Source: Aulosira sp. ZfuVER01 (GTDB lineage: Bacteria > Cyanobacteriota > Cyanobacteriia > Cyanobacteriales > Nostocaceae). Taken from it: a DNA stretch of 64,000 bases. Position numbers and translations under genes: made by a program. The DNA is taken from the NCBI GenBank assembly GCA_034530615.2, contig JAVRCV020000061.1:25838-89837 (forward strand). Reading direction: 5' to 3'. Position 1 is the stretch's first letter. Each line of letters opens with the position of its first letter. The notes under the pieces are model-generated. The model was given only the letters and a program-made list of their open reading frames with translations. It had not been told where the DNA came from and searched no databases. Positions 50,525-60,304 of the stretch are shown here, piece by piece.

Positions 50525-50676
50525 GTAGGGTGTGTTGTCGCGCAGCGCAACGCACCATCAACCTCTTCTCGGAATTTACAATTTTACCCTGAGCTTAGTC
50601 GAAGGGTAAAAATTATGATACCCATAAATAAATCAATAATTCAAGGTGCGTTAGCCTACGGCATAACACACCATAC
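50525..50676. repeat. GTAG-family REP doublet with nested hairpin
   Basis: gtagggtgtgttg..aacgcacc and inverted ggtgcgttag..aacacaccatac; inner aattttaccct..agggtaaaaatt. Confidence 0.75.
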
Positions 50677-50688
50677 TTCTGCGGTTTT

Positions 50689-51621
50689 TTATTCCCCACC
50701 GACAATATACACAGCAGAACCAAAATTTTCATCATCAGTACCAACAATCACACCACCTTCTGCACCAGGGATAAGTTCCAACGCTTCAATTTTGTGGTAA
50801 TTCGTGCGATAAATCGGCACAAGTTGAGGATTTTGCTTGAATAGTATTTTGTTACCACCATATCCCAGAGAGCCAGCAATATATATAGCTGACTGAAATG
50901 GCCCATCATCTCCAGGATCGCTGGCTGCGCTAATAAACACAACTCCCGCCTGGTCTATTTTTATATCAGAAATATGACGAACCTTACCAAATGGAAATGG
51001 GACGGTTAAAGTAGTAGAACCTATGAGCATAATTTGATATTTCGTCAAATCCAGCAATCCCCAATAAAGAGTTGCTGGTTGTTCTGCTTCGCCTCGATGT
51101 GCCCAAACAGCAACTAATTTACCATCTATATCTTGTAGAGAAAATGCCTCAAAATTACTTCCTTGGGGGAATGTTGGTAGATTAAAATCTTTGACAACTG
51201 AGATAGTTTTCTTGTCTGGCTCTAGTTTAATATAATAAGCTTTTCCCGAACTACTTAAAGCTATAAAAGCAGTATTTTGGGTTCTAGGAATAGATGTTAA
51301 AGCCTCTAAATCATTCGGTAATTCTGCCTTACTTGTCCAGGTTAATGCTAAATATTCAGGTTGATTCTTACCTTTAATACTAATAATTGCTACACGACCT
51401 TGGTTAGCTTTTTTGTTGTCATGAACAATCAGAAAATCTAGAGAATTAGTTTGTTGCTCAATAAGAGCCATACCACTAATACCAAAGGGGATACCACCTC
51501 GAACAGGCCGCCAATCTTGCGCCCAAACTCGCTGACATAGAAATAACAGCGCTCCTAAGACTACTAAATTGATGATTAACTTGAGAAACCGAGGTAGATT
51601 GAATACTGCTGACAGACGCAT
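50689..51621 (-). CDS. Secreted hypothetical protein, likely beta-propeller
   Basis: Signal peptide; recurring ISGM/DLEAL/NFEAF/ISDI/KIEAL blades; GTDDEN end. Confidence 0.6.
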   Translation of the reverse strand: MRLSAVFNLPRFLKLIINLVVLGALLFLCQRVWAQDWRPVRGGIPFGISGMALIEQQTNSLDFLIVHDNKKANQGRVAIISIKGKNQPEYLALTWTSKAELPNDLEALTSIPRTQNTAFIALSSSGKAYYIKLEPDKKTISVVKDFNLPTFPQGSNFEAFSLQDIDGKLVAVWAHRGEAEQPATLYWGLLDLTKYQIMLIGSTTLTVPFPFGKVRHISDIKIDQAGVVFISAASDPGDDGPFQSAIYIAGSLGYGGNKILFKQNPQLVPIYRTNYHKIEALELIPGAEGGVIVGTDDENFGSAVYIVGGE

Positions 51622-51752
51622 AAATGAGGATCGAAGAGAGTCTCAATCATATCAAATCCAGGCGATCGCGCCATATAAGCCAGCCTATTTTTTACTTACT
51701 GCAACTAAAGCTTTTCTTATGTAATTTGGAATCTAAAAAACCTCACTGTTAA

Positions 51753-52175
51753 TTACACTAAATGTTTTACAGGCAGGTGAACTAACTTTTCTAGTTGGTG
51801 AGCAACCTCTACGCGATGGCATCGATGCCAGTCTTTCTCGGCACACAGTAATAAAACTGTTCCAGAACGAGCAATTTCTGCGACTGTTTCTAATGATTTT
51901 TGAGCCTCTTCTTGATCGGGAGGCTCCCAATTTGCATTGCCAGATGTATTGCCTAAATAAACAGAAGAAATATAATTGATACCTTTAGCAACACAAAGCT
52001 TTTCAATTTGGTCTCCGTACCATTTCCTACTCCAAGCACGAGGATGAAATCTTACATCAATAACGAATAAAACATTAAATTCTTCAAGGTATTCTATGAA
52101 TTCCTCATAGTCCTTGCGATTGCCATAACCGAATGTAAGAATGTAGTGATTTTTACATGGTTTCAAGTTATCCAT
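51753..52175 (-). CDS. DUF488 family protein
   Basis: ILTFGYG, VIDVRFHP and LLCAEKDWHRCHR. Confidence 0.88.
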   Translation of the reverse strand: MDNLKPCKNHYILTFGYGNRKDYEEFIEYLEEFNVLFVIDVRFHPRAWSRKWYGDQIEKLCVAKGINYISSVYLGNTSGNANWEPPDQEEAQKSLETVAEIARSGTVLLLCAEKDWHRCHRVEVAHQLEKLVHLPVKHLV

Positions 52176-52259
52176 TTTACACAGTTATATAACTCTTTTA
52201 AAAAAGACTTAGTATGTTTGGCGTTACAGTTTAGGTGGAAAACGAAAAGCGGGTACATT

Positions 52260-52472
52260 TTGGATTTGGCTACTCCTTTGCAATTAATTAGATGATCGGC
52301 AGAGTTTTAGCACATTGTAGAAGTACTGGTGCGGGATGGTGATTTGCCGATTACAGGAGTACCGGGGAGTGGAAGACGGACTTTAGTCAGGGGAGCAGCT
52401 CAAGAAGTTGGTGCGATCGCTCTAGAAATAGATTGTATCAGCGCGATAGATAGACAGCGATTTATTGCTTGA
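52260..52472 (+). pseudogene. 5' fragment of an AAA/P-loop ATPase gene with in-frame stops
   Basis: MDLATPLQLIR*SAEF*HIVEVLVRDGDLPITGVPGSGRRTLV...; stops at 52293 and 52308. Confidence 0.7.
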
Positions 52473-53458
52473 ATGTTTAGCTTGATATTCTACTGATAAG
52501 CCGCAAAATAAAGAGTATATTCAAAAACATAGTCTTTATAGAGGCGGTAGTCTTCAAGGTGCTTTGACTGGGTTACAGCACAAAGGTTAAATTTATAATA
52601 CAGAACAGGATTATCGTTTGGCATTGCCGTTATTGGCTTTGTGGTTGCAGCAACAGTTGAGTTAAATGCCAAATCAGCGTATTCATCAATAATGATGCTA
52701 ATTTATAAAATTTATTACCACGGTAAAGATTGGTAGATTTGGTTTTTAAGCTTGTATGTACAAATAAATATTTTTTAAACTAGCAAGTTGCTACACATAA
52801 TCTCCAAACAATTACATAATTAAGAGGATAGAGAAAAACTTGATATTATTCTGTATGTTTTCTAAATCAAACACTTGCTAAATTCAAAGCAGGATAAGTA
52901 CAGAGGCTATGCTATATGTTGACAGATACATTAAGTAGAAGAACGTAAAGAAACATTACTATATTGCAATTGCTAAAGGGGACAAAATCTGCATTTAGCC
53001 GATAAAGGCGAGGGCTGTACCGAGTTCTGGCTTCATCCTTGAGACTTCATACTTCTTTAAGAAAATTCTCTTGTTCTTTTATCTTTGCTCATCTTTAAGA
53101 TTTTACTCTTGCAAAATGTTGCATACTTTGCTTGAATCATGCCAACCTCTGATGAAAATAAATGCGCGATCGCAATGAGGTAGGGATATGGAAGAAAAAT
53201 TTTCATTTGTGGTGTAGGCGAATCTGCCATAAAAAATAGTTGGGAAAAATGTAGAAAGAAAAAATTGTTATGCATCCTAGTCAACCAAAGTTGTAGTCAA
53301 GCAGTCCTCTCAGGGAAAATCTCTAAGAGGAACTGTTGAAAGGGTTTCCCAACTTGGGCAATTGGTAAACCCGGTGGGTGTAGGCAGTTAATGTTGGCTA
53401 TTGACCTGAAAAATAAAGTTCCCTACCAGTATTAATTTATTCTGGAATTATCTAACCC

Positions 53459-56176
53459 ATGACAGACTCTTATCCTATTGCACCCATGCGTAGAAGGCTT
53501 GTCATCACATTACTAGGGTTATTAGCCTTAATCTTGGCTCATAAAATGGCCCTGATCTACCGAATTCAGCCTGGAGTATCTTTATGGTTTCCACCATCAG
53601 GTGTGGCGATCGCCTTAACTTTTTGGTTGGGTCCCTATGGTATCGTCCTAACGGGGATCGCATCATTTTTGATGGCACCATTTTGGGGGTTGAACGGTTG
53701 GGAGCAGCTAGTTGGTTTACTTGATGGCATAGAACCTTTAATTGCTTGGTTGCTCTACCGTCGTTTATGGCAGGGTTCACTCAGATTAAATAGCCTCCGA
53801 GATGCGGCAATTTTTACCTTAAGCGTACCGTTAGCAGCCTCGGCTACTTTAGCTGTAGTTGGTAGTTTAGCTTGGGTAGCTATAGGGAAAATGCCAATTG
53901 CTACTCTGACTCAAAGTATCCCTCATTGGTGGTTGGGCAATGCTATTGGAGTCATGGCAATTACGCCTACTGCTTTATTGGTGCTAACTCCATACGTACA
54001 ATCCTGGGGCTGGTTCCCCAAATTTGAAACTTCAGATTCTACGCTGAATGCTTTCCCCTTCAAGCAGTCCCGGCGATTCGCTGGAGAAATGAGCATAATC
54101 ATAATGCTTTGTGTTGCGATCGCAGCTCTGACAGTTGCAGAAACGAACAACACAACTTTTAGATTCCAACAATTATCATTTTTGAGCTTTGTTCCGGTTT
54201 TGTGGGCAGCAAGCCGCTTTGGAGTTACCAGTGGGATGGTAATCTCTAGTTTCTGCGTCCTAGTAACTCTATTCTTTTATTTAGTTGCCTATCCTCACGC
54301 TATCTCATTACCTGAGATTCCTGTACCAGCAGAAGTTTTACACGTTCACAAGCTAAGTTTACTAGTGCAATGTGCTGTTGCCTTGCTAGTGGGAACTGCA
54401 ATTACACAAAGGGCAAAAATTCAAGTAGCGCTAGCTGTAGAAAGAGTCAGGCTTGGAGAATATCAAGCTCGTGCTGAACTCTCAGAAAAACTCATTCAAC
54501 TGAATGATTCACTTGTAGAAACCAATACCCGTCTTGAGGAATCCAATCGTGACAAAGATGAATTACTCTACCGCGAGCAATCCCTGCGTCAACGTTTGGC
54601 TAATATTCTGGAAAGCATGAGTGATGCTTTTATTGCGGTTAATCATGACTGGCAAATTACTTACGTAAATCAACAAGCAGCAAAAATTACAAAGTTAGAA
54701 CCAGCAAAGCTGATTGGTAAAAATTTTTGGGAACAGTGGCCAGCTAGTAAAGGTACAGAGTTTGAGAGAGAATATCTTCGAGCATTTACTGAAGAGATAC
54801 CTGTTCACTTTGAGGCATTCTGCAAAGCTTGCAATAAGTGGTTTGAAGTCCACGCTTACCCGGCTGAAGATGGTTTAGGCATCTTTTTTAGAAACATTAC
54901 CGAGCGCAAGCAAGCAGAAGTAGAGCGAGAACAGATACTAGCGCGAGAGCAAGCTGCACGTACTCAAGCTGAAACAGCTAATCGGCTTAAGGATGAATTT
55001 CTCGCAGTTCTTTCTCATGAATTGCGTACTCCACTTAATCCGATTTTAGGTTGGGCAACATTACTAAAAACCCAGAAATTTCAGCAGGGAGAAAAGCTGC
55101 TGCGAGCAATAGATATCATCGAGCGCAATGCAAAGTTACAAATTCAACTAATAGAAGATTTGTTAGATATCTCTCGTATTCAGCAAGGGAAAATGGTCTT
55201 AAATATCCAACCTGTTAATTTAGTTAATACGATTGAAGCAGCGTTGGAGACTATGCATTTAGCATTGGAAGCAAAAAATATTAAAATTCAAACTTCATTG
55301 GAACGCAAAATTCAACTTGTTTCTGGGGATGCAACTCGTCTGCAACAAATAGTTTGGAATTTACTTTCTAACGCAGTCAAATTTACTCCATCAGGAGGGC
55401 AAATAGAAGTGCGGCTAGAACAAGTAGACACTTATGCAGTAATTCATGTTCAAGATAATGGCAAGGGCATTAGTTCAGAATTTCTACCCCACGCATTTGA
55501 ATATTTCCGCCAAGCTGATGGCAAAAGCAATCGACAATTTGGTGGTTTGGGATTGGGACTAGCGATTGTGCGTCATCTTACAGAATTGCATGGTGGATGT
55601 GTTCAAGCCGAAAGCCAAGGAGAAGATATGGGGGCAACATTTACTGTCAAATTACCATTAATGGTCGAGGCACCACACATAAATCAAAATACTATGAACG
55701 GTAATAATTCTTTGGATTTAGCAGGACTACGCATTTTAGTTGTAGATGATGATATCGATACAGATGAATTGCTGACTTTAATGCTCGAAGATTTAGGAGC
55801 ATCTGTCTCAGCAGTAAGTTCAGCAGGCGAAGCCTTAGATCTGATGGCAAAATCTTCATTTGATTTACTTTTAAGTGATATTGGAATGCCAGGAATAGAT
55901 GGCTATATGTTTATCCGTTTAATTCGAGCTATGCCACCAGAAAAAGGAGGAGAAATTCCGGCGATCGCTCTTACTGCTTATGCTGGAGAAATTAATCAAA
56001 AGAAAGCACTTACAGCCGGGTTTCAGATGCATTTAGCTAAACCTGTTGAACTGGAAGCATTATTAAAAGTAACAGCGCAAGTTTTGGCATCAAGTAACAC
56101 GGAACAGAAAAGAAGGGAGGTAGGGATGTACCTGGCTTCGCAAAAATCAAATAGAAGTCCTATAGTGAAGAATTAA
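53459..56176 (+). CDS. Hybrid sensor kinase (MASE1 + PAS + HisKA/HATPase + REC)
   Basis: SLWFPPSG and WWLGNAIG (MASE1); LSHELRTPL; NAVKFT; LVVDDD..SDIGMP..KP. Confidence 0.92.
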   Translation: MTDSYPIAPMRRRLVITLLGLLALILAHKMALIYRIQPGVSLWFPPSGVAIALTFWLGPYGIVLTGIASFLMAPFWGLNGWEQLVGLLDGIEPLIAWLLYRRLWQGSLRLNSLRDAAIFTLSVPLAASATLAVVGSLAWVAIGKMPIATLTQSIPHWWLGNAIGVMAITPTALLVLTPYVQSWGWFPKFETSDSTLNAFPFKQSRRFAGEMSIIIMLCVAIAALTVAETNNTTFRFQQLSFLSFVPVLWAASRFGVTSGMVISSFCVLVTLFFYLVAYPHAISLPEIPVPAEVLHVHKLSLLVQCAVALLVGTAITQRAKIQVALAVERVRLGEYQARAELSEKLIQLNDSLVETNTRLEESNRDKDELLYREQSLRQRLANILESMSDAFIAVNHDWQITYVNQQAAKITKLEPAKLIGKNFWEQWPASKGTEFEREYLRAFTEEIPVHFEAFCKACNKWFEVHAYPAEDGLGIFFRNITERKQAEVEREQILAREQAARTQAETANRLKDEFLAVLSHELRTPLNPILGWATLLKTQKFQQGEKLLRAIDIIERNAKLQIQLIEDLLDISRIQQGKMVLNIQPVNLVNTIEAALETMHLALEAKNIKIQTSLERKIQLVSGDATRLQQIVWNLLSNAVKFTPSGGQIEVRLEQVDTYAVIHVQDNGKGISSEFLPHAFEYFRQADGKSNRQFGGLGLGLAIVRHLTELHGGCVQAESQGEDMGATFTVKLPLMVEAPHINQNTMNGNNSLDLAGLRILVVDDDIDTDELLTLMLEDLGASVSAVSSAGEALDLMAKSSFDLLLSDIGMPGIDGYMFIRLIRAMPPEKGGEIPAIALTAYAGEINQKKALTAGFQMHLAKPVELEALLKVTAQVLASSNTEQKRREVGMYLASQKSNRSPIVKN

Positions 56177-56272
56177 TTTTGGATTTTAGATTAAGAAATT
56201 CTCTAATCCAAAATTTAAAATTTAAAATCCAGGGATTAATATTTATCAAAACAATCTCAAGATAACCAAGAA

Positions 56273-57214
56273 ATGAACGTTTCCATCCGTTTACTACAGG
56301 CGAATGAGTTAGCAGATGCTGACCACATTTTTCGGTTAGCTTTTGGAACATTTGTCGGACTACCAGAACCAACTGATTTTGCTGGAGATGCAGCTTATAT
56401 CCCGCACCGTTGGCAAACCGATCCAAATGCAGCATTTGCAGCCGAGGTAGATGGGAAATTAATCGGTTCTAACTTGGTTACTAATTGGGGAAGTTTTGGC
56501 TATTTTGGCCCTTTAAGCGTTCATCCTGATTTTTGGCAGCAAACAGTAGGTCAACAACTCATAGAACCTGCGATCGCCTGCTTTACACAATGGCAAACTC
56601 GGTTAGCTGGACTTTATACTTTTGCTACCAGTCCCAAGCATCACACACTCTATCAAAAATTTGGTTTTAATTTACGTTTTTTGACTGCCATCATGGCAAA
56701 GTCAGTGCAGCCATCTCAGGTAATACCCCAAGGAATGAGATATTCTCAATTAACTGAAGATGAACGTGCTGAATTTCTCAAAGCCAGCTACCAACTTACT
56801 GATGCTATTTATGAAGGACTAGATTTAACAAGGGAAATTCACACAGTTCACCAGCAAGCACTAGGCGATACAGTTTTGTTCTGGGATGATATTGGCTTGG
56901 CAGGATTTGCAGTTTGTCACTACGGTGCAGGTACAGAAGCAGGTAGTAATACTTGCTTTGTCAAGTTTGGAGCAGTGCGAGCGGGAGCTAATGCTGGGGA
57001 ACGTTTTGAGCATTTATTAGATTTGTGCGAACACTTGACTGTTACTCAAGGAATGTCAAAGTTAGTTGCTGGGGTGAATACTAGCCGTGAAGAAGCTTAC
57101 CGCAGAGCGATCGCTCGTGGTTATCGTAGTGAGATTATTGGCGTAGCAATGCATAGGCCAAATGAACCAGGATATAATCGCCCAGATGTTTTTGCAATCG
57201 ATGACTGGCGCTAA
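56273..57214 (+). CDS. GNAT family N-acetyltransferase
   Basis: FGPLSVHPDFWQQTVGQQL and LYQKFGF. Confidence 0.85.
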   Translation: MNVSIRLLQANELADADHIFRLAFGTFVGLPEPTDFAGDAAYIPHRWQTDPNAAFAAEVDGKLIGSNLVTNWGSFGYFGPLSVHPDFWQQTVGQQLIEPAIACFTQWQTRLAGLYTFATSPKHHTLYQKFGFNLRFLTAIMAKSVQPSQVIPQGMRYSQLTEDERAEFLKASYQLTDAIYEGLDLTREIHTVHQQALGDTVLFWDDIGLAGFAVCHYGAGTEAGSNTCFVKFGAVRAGANAGERFEHLLDLCEHLTVTQGMSKLVAGVNTSREEAYRRAIARGYRSEIIGVAMHRPNEPGYNRPDVFAIDDWR

Positions 57215-57389
57215 TTCAAATTTCAATACTCTCATTCTTTCTGCGCTTCTGCGCGATCCCAATTCATCAAACCTTGGATACATATAGATTCTACGTAGAA
57301 GTTTAGCATTGCTAAACTCTTACCCACCCCAGCTTTTCCAGAAGATTTATTGTAATTATTATTCACAACTTGTTACATCTTGCCCTGAC

Positions 57390-57590
57390 TTGATAACAGT
57401 CCTAGCATCGTCATACTACTAATGGCGTATACCTTTGTATAGAGTCAACAGCAAGCGTAAACTGAAATTACTCAAAAGTTATAACCGGAAATTGCAGGAA
57501 TTTCAGCCAAAAAAATCTGCAATGAATATTGCTTTCTTTGGGCTAATCGTGTTGACTATATCCTGGCTTACTAATAAGTTGCTTAGATAA
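57390..57590 (+). pseudogene. Possible degraded remnant of a membrane sensor gene
   Basis: IVILLMAYTFV*SQQQA*TEITQKL*PEIAG, then after frameshifts KNLQ*ILLSLG..IVLTISWLTNKLLR. Confidence 0.3.
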
Positions 57591-57875
57591 TTTATTATTT
57601 AGCTTTTTAGGTATTTTTACAGCCCAGGCATTGAAAAAATCACAAGCTAACTGTGAGATTAATACGCTATTATCGTCAAGCAATTACACAAAGTTGCTGT
57701 TAAGAGTCTGATTTAAATTGACTCTATAGTAGCCATAATTGATTTATAAAACCTCTCTATTATAAGCATTCCTCACATATTTACGTTTTTGAGGCAATGC
57801 CAAAGCTAAAGGATTATAAATTTTCCCTAATGTCTTAGGGCTACTATCACATATTAAATAGGAGAGAATAATAAA

Positions 57876-58685
57876 ATGGTTCAAACTATAGGCAGTATAG
57901 CTAAATATACAGATACCGATTTAGATCGATTTGTCAAAGAACTAAATCGAGATGGGATTTGTGTAATTCGCGGACTTTTTGATAAAAACTTGATTGAAGA
58001 ATGGGCAGAAGCTTTTGATAAATTATTTCAAGATCGCCAAAATCAACCTGGTGGGTTAGCTCCCCGTGAAATTGCCCGCTACTATCTAACATTACCTTGG
58101 GTTGCCCCATTTGCGAATGCAGAAGTTTTTGCCAATCCCATGATTATGGGGATTCTGGAGCGAGTGTTTTACCAAGAATTCGTTATGGTTCAGTTGGGTG
58201 TTGATGTTCCTTTCCAAGGTTCTGATTATCAGGAAACCCATCGAGACTATCGCCCTCTATTCTCAGATAACATAGTAACGCCGCTTTATGCTCTAGCAGT
58301 CAATTTTCCACTCGTAGAAGTAACAGCAGAGAACGGCCCGTTTCAAATGGCACGTGGAACCCATGTCATACCACGCGAAGAAGGATTGAGGAAAATTGCC
58401 ACAGGTGAAATTCCGATTGAATCATTTTATATGCAGCCAGGTGACGTAATGATTCGGACACCCTTAGCGTTACACCGGGGTTCACCAAATAACACAAGCC
58501 AGCCAAGACCGATGGTAGTGATGGGCTACGTTATGCATTGGTTGCATACGCCAAAAGTAGATTTAACTCTTGAACGAGATTACTATGAAAGCCTACCAGA
58601 AAAATTGAGACAGATGTTGCGCTGTCAGGTAGTGGATCAGTTACCAAAGGAAAAAGTAGAAACCTATATAAATTTTAAGTATTAA
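57876..58685 (+). CDS. Phytanoyl-CoA dioxygenase (PhyH) family Fe/2OG dioxygenase
   Basis: QETHRD (HxD), ENGP..GTH, PGDV..LHRGSPN and RP. Confidence 0.88.
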   Translation: MVQTIGSIAKYTDTDLDRFVKELNRDGICVIRGLFDKNLIEEWAEAFDKLFQDRQNQPGGLAPREIARYYLTLPWVAPFANAEVFANPMIMGILERVFYQEFVMVQLGVDVPFQGSDYQETHRDYRPLFSDNIVTPLYALAVNFPLVEVTAENGPFQMARGTHVIPREEGLRKIATGEIPIESFYMQPGDVMIRTPLALHRGSPNNTSQPRPMVVMGYVMHWLHTPKVDLTLERDYYESLPEKLRQMLRCQVVDQLPKEKVETYINFKY

Positions 58686-58848
58686 AAAATAATGCAAATT
58701 TCAGGGCACAAAATTATTGTGCCCCTACCGCAAACATTTATAGATTGATTAACCAGCACAAAGATAGAGGTTGCAGGCAGAAAAATTGGGGAAGAATTGT
58801 TATTTTCAACCTGATTTTTCCACAGCGCTCCTAAAAACTGTTACCGAA

Positions 58849-59865
58849 ATGCTAACTTACACTAATCCAGTCTATAAAGAGTATTTTGCCGATCCGTTTG
58901 TGTGGGAGTACGAAGGCGTATACTATGCGATCGCAACAGGCCCAGCAGAAGCGGAAGGAATGGTAGACGAAGTAGCTTCGGTGATAGGTGTTGACTCGAC
59001 TAAATTGCGTGTTTTTCCGCTGTTACGCTCTTTCGATTTGGTAAATTGGCATTTTGTTGACAACGCACTATTGCGGCCAGACCCCGCCCTTGGTGATAAT
59101 TTTTGGGCACCTGAAGTTGCTTATTGCAACGGCAAATTTTATCTCTACTACTCTGTAGGGCATGAGGATAAAAATCATCAACTGCGCGTAGCTATTAGTG
59201 ATAATCCTGTGGGGCCATATCAGGATACTGGTAAAGCGTTAATAGATCCTCAGTCTTGCCCTTTTGCGATCGATCCTCATCCATTTCGCGATGACGATGG
59301 GCAATGGTATCTATTTTACGCCCGCGATTTTCTAGATACAGCAGGTGGTGTGCGTGCTGGTACGGCACTGTGTGTAGACCGACTGCAAAATATGACAGAA
59401 TTATTCGGTACAGCGAAAGTTGTTTTGCGTGCGCGTTCAGATTGGCAAAGGTTTTTAGCCAATCGTTTGATGTATGGTGAAATTTTTGATTGGCATACTT
59501 TGGAAGGCCCTTGTGTTCGCAAACATGAAGGTCGGTACTACTGCTTTTATAGCGGTGGACGCTGGGAAACCGAAAATTACGGTGTCGATTATGGAGTTGC
59601 TGACAGTGTAATGGGGCCTTACTCTGATGCAGGTAACGAAACAGGGCCAAGGGTGCTGCGGTCTGTGCCAGGGTATGTGATGGGACCTGGACACAACTCA
59701 ATTGTACTTGCTCCAGATGGTAAGACTGAATACATCGTCTATCATGCTTGGCCAAAGAATATGACAGCGCGGCAAATGTACTTAGATAAACTCATTTGGA
59801 CACCAGATGGGCCAGTTTGCGACGGCCCTACTTGGACACCACAGACAATTGATATCGAGACATAA
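58849..59865 (+). CDS. Glycoside hydrolase family 43
   Basis: FADP, WAPEV, AIDP, LEGP, GPGHNS and IVYHAW. Confidence 0.9.
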   Translation: MLTYTNPVYKEYFADPFVWEYEGVYYAIATGPAEAEGMVDEVASVIGVDSTKLRVFPLLRSFDLVNWHFVDNALLRPDPALGDNFWAPEVAYCNGKFYLYYSVGHEDKNHQLRVAISDNPVGPYQDTGKALIDPQSCPFAIDPHPFRDDDGQWYLFYARDFLDTAGGVRAGTALCVDRLQNMTELFGTAKVVLRARSDWQRFLANRLMYGEIFDWHTLEGPCVRKHEGRYYCFYSGGRWETENYGVDYGVADSVMGPYSDAGNETGPRVLRSVPGYVMGPGHNSIVLAPDGKTEYIVYHAWPKNMTARQMYLDKLIWTPDGPVCDGPTWTPQTIDIET

Positions 59866-59984
59866 AAGCGCAGTGGCAAAGATGATTGATTAGATTAGCT
59901 TATATTAATTCAATTCATCTTTGGCACACATAAATTACTCCTAAGGGCACAGCAATGTTCCCTACCCAAAAATTTTAAGCTTCC

Positions 59985-60199
59985 TGCAATTGAATTGCAT
60001 CGCCTTGTTATATTAATGCATCAGTCTGTAATCGAATTGCATCGCCTTGTTATATTAATGCATCGGTCTGCAATCGAATTGCATCGCCTTGTTATGTTAA
60101 TGCATCGGTCTGCGATCGCATTGCATCGTCTTGTTATATTAATGCATCGGTCTGTAATCGAATTGCATTGCCTTGTTATATTAATGCATCGGTCTGTAA
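59985..60199. repeat. 42-bp tandem repeat x5 (two 21-bp subunits)
   Basis: Consensus tg(c/t)aatcgaattgcatcgccttgttatattaatgcatcggtc. Confidence 0.95.
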
Positions 60200-60304
60200 A
60201 AATTAACTTACTTCGTAGCAGGGAAGAATATTCTATAGCGTTATTTAGGTGAATACTATAAGTATTTCAAAAAAGTCTTGTTATTTTCGCCCAGGAGAAA
60301 TTTT

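Noticed and set aside
59985..60252. CRISPR array or 85-aa CDS (59995-60252)
   Set aside because: Contiguous 42-bp units without spacers; the ORF is a by-product of a repeat length divisible by three
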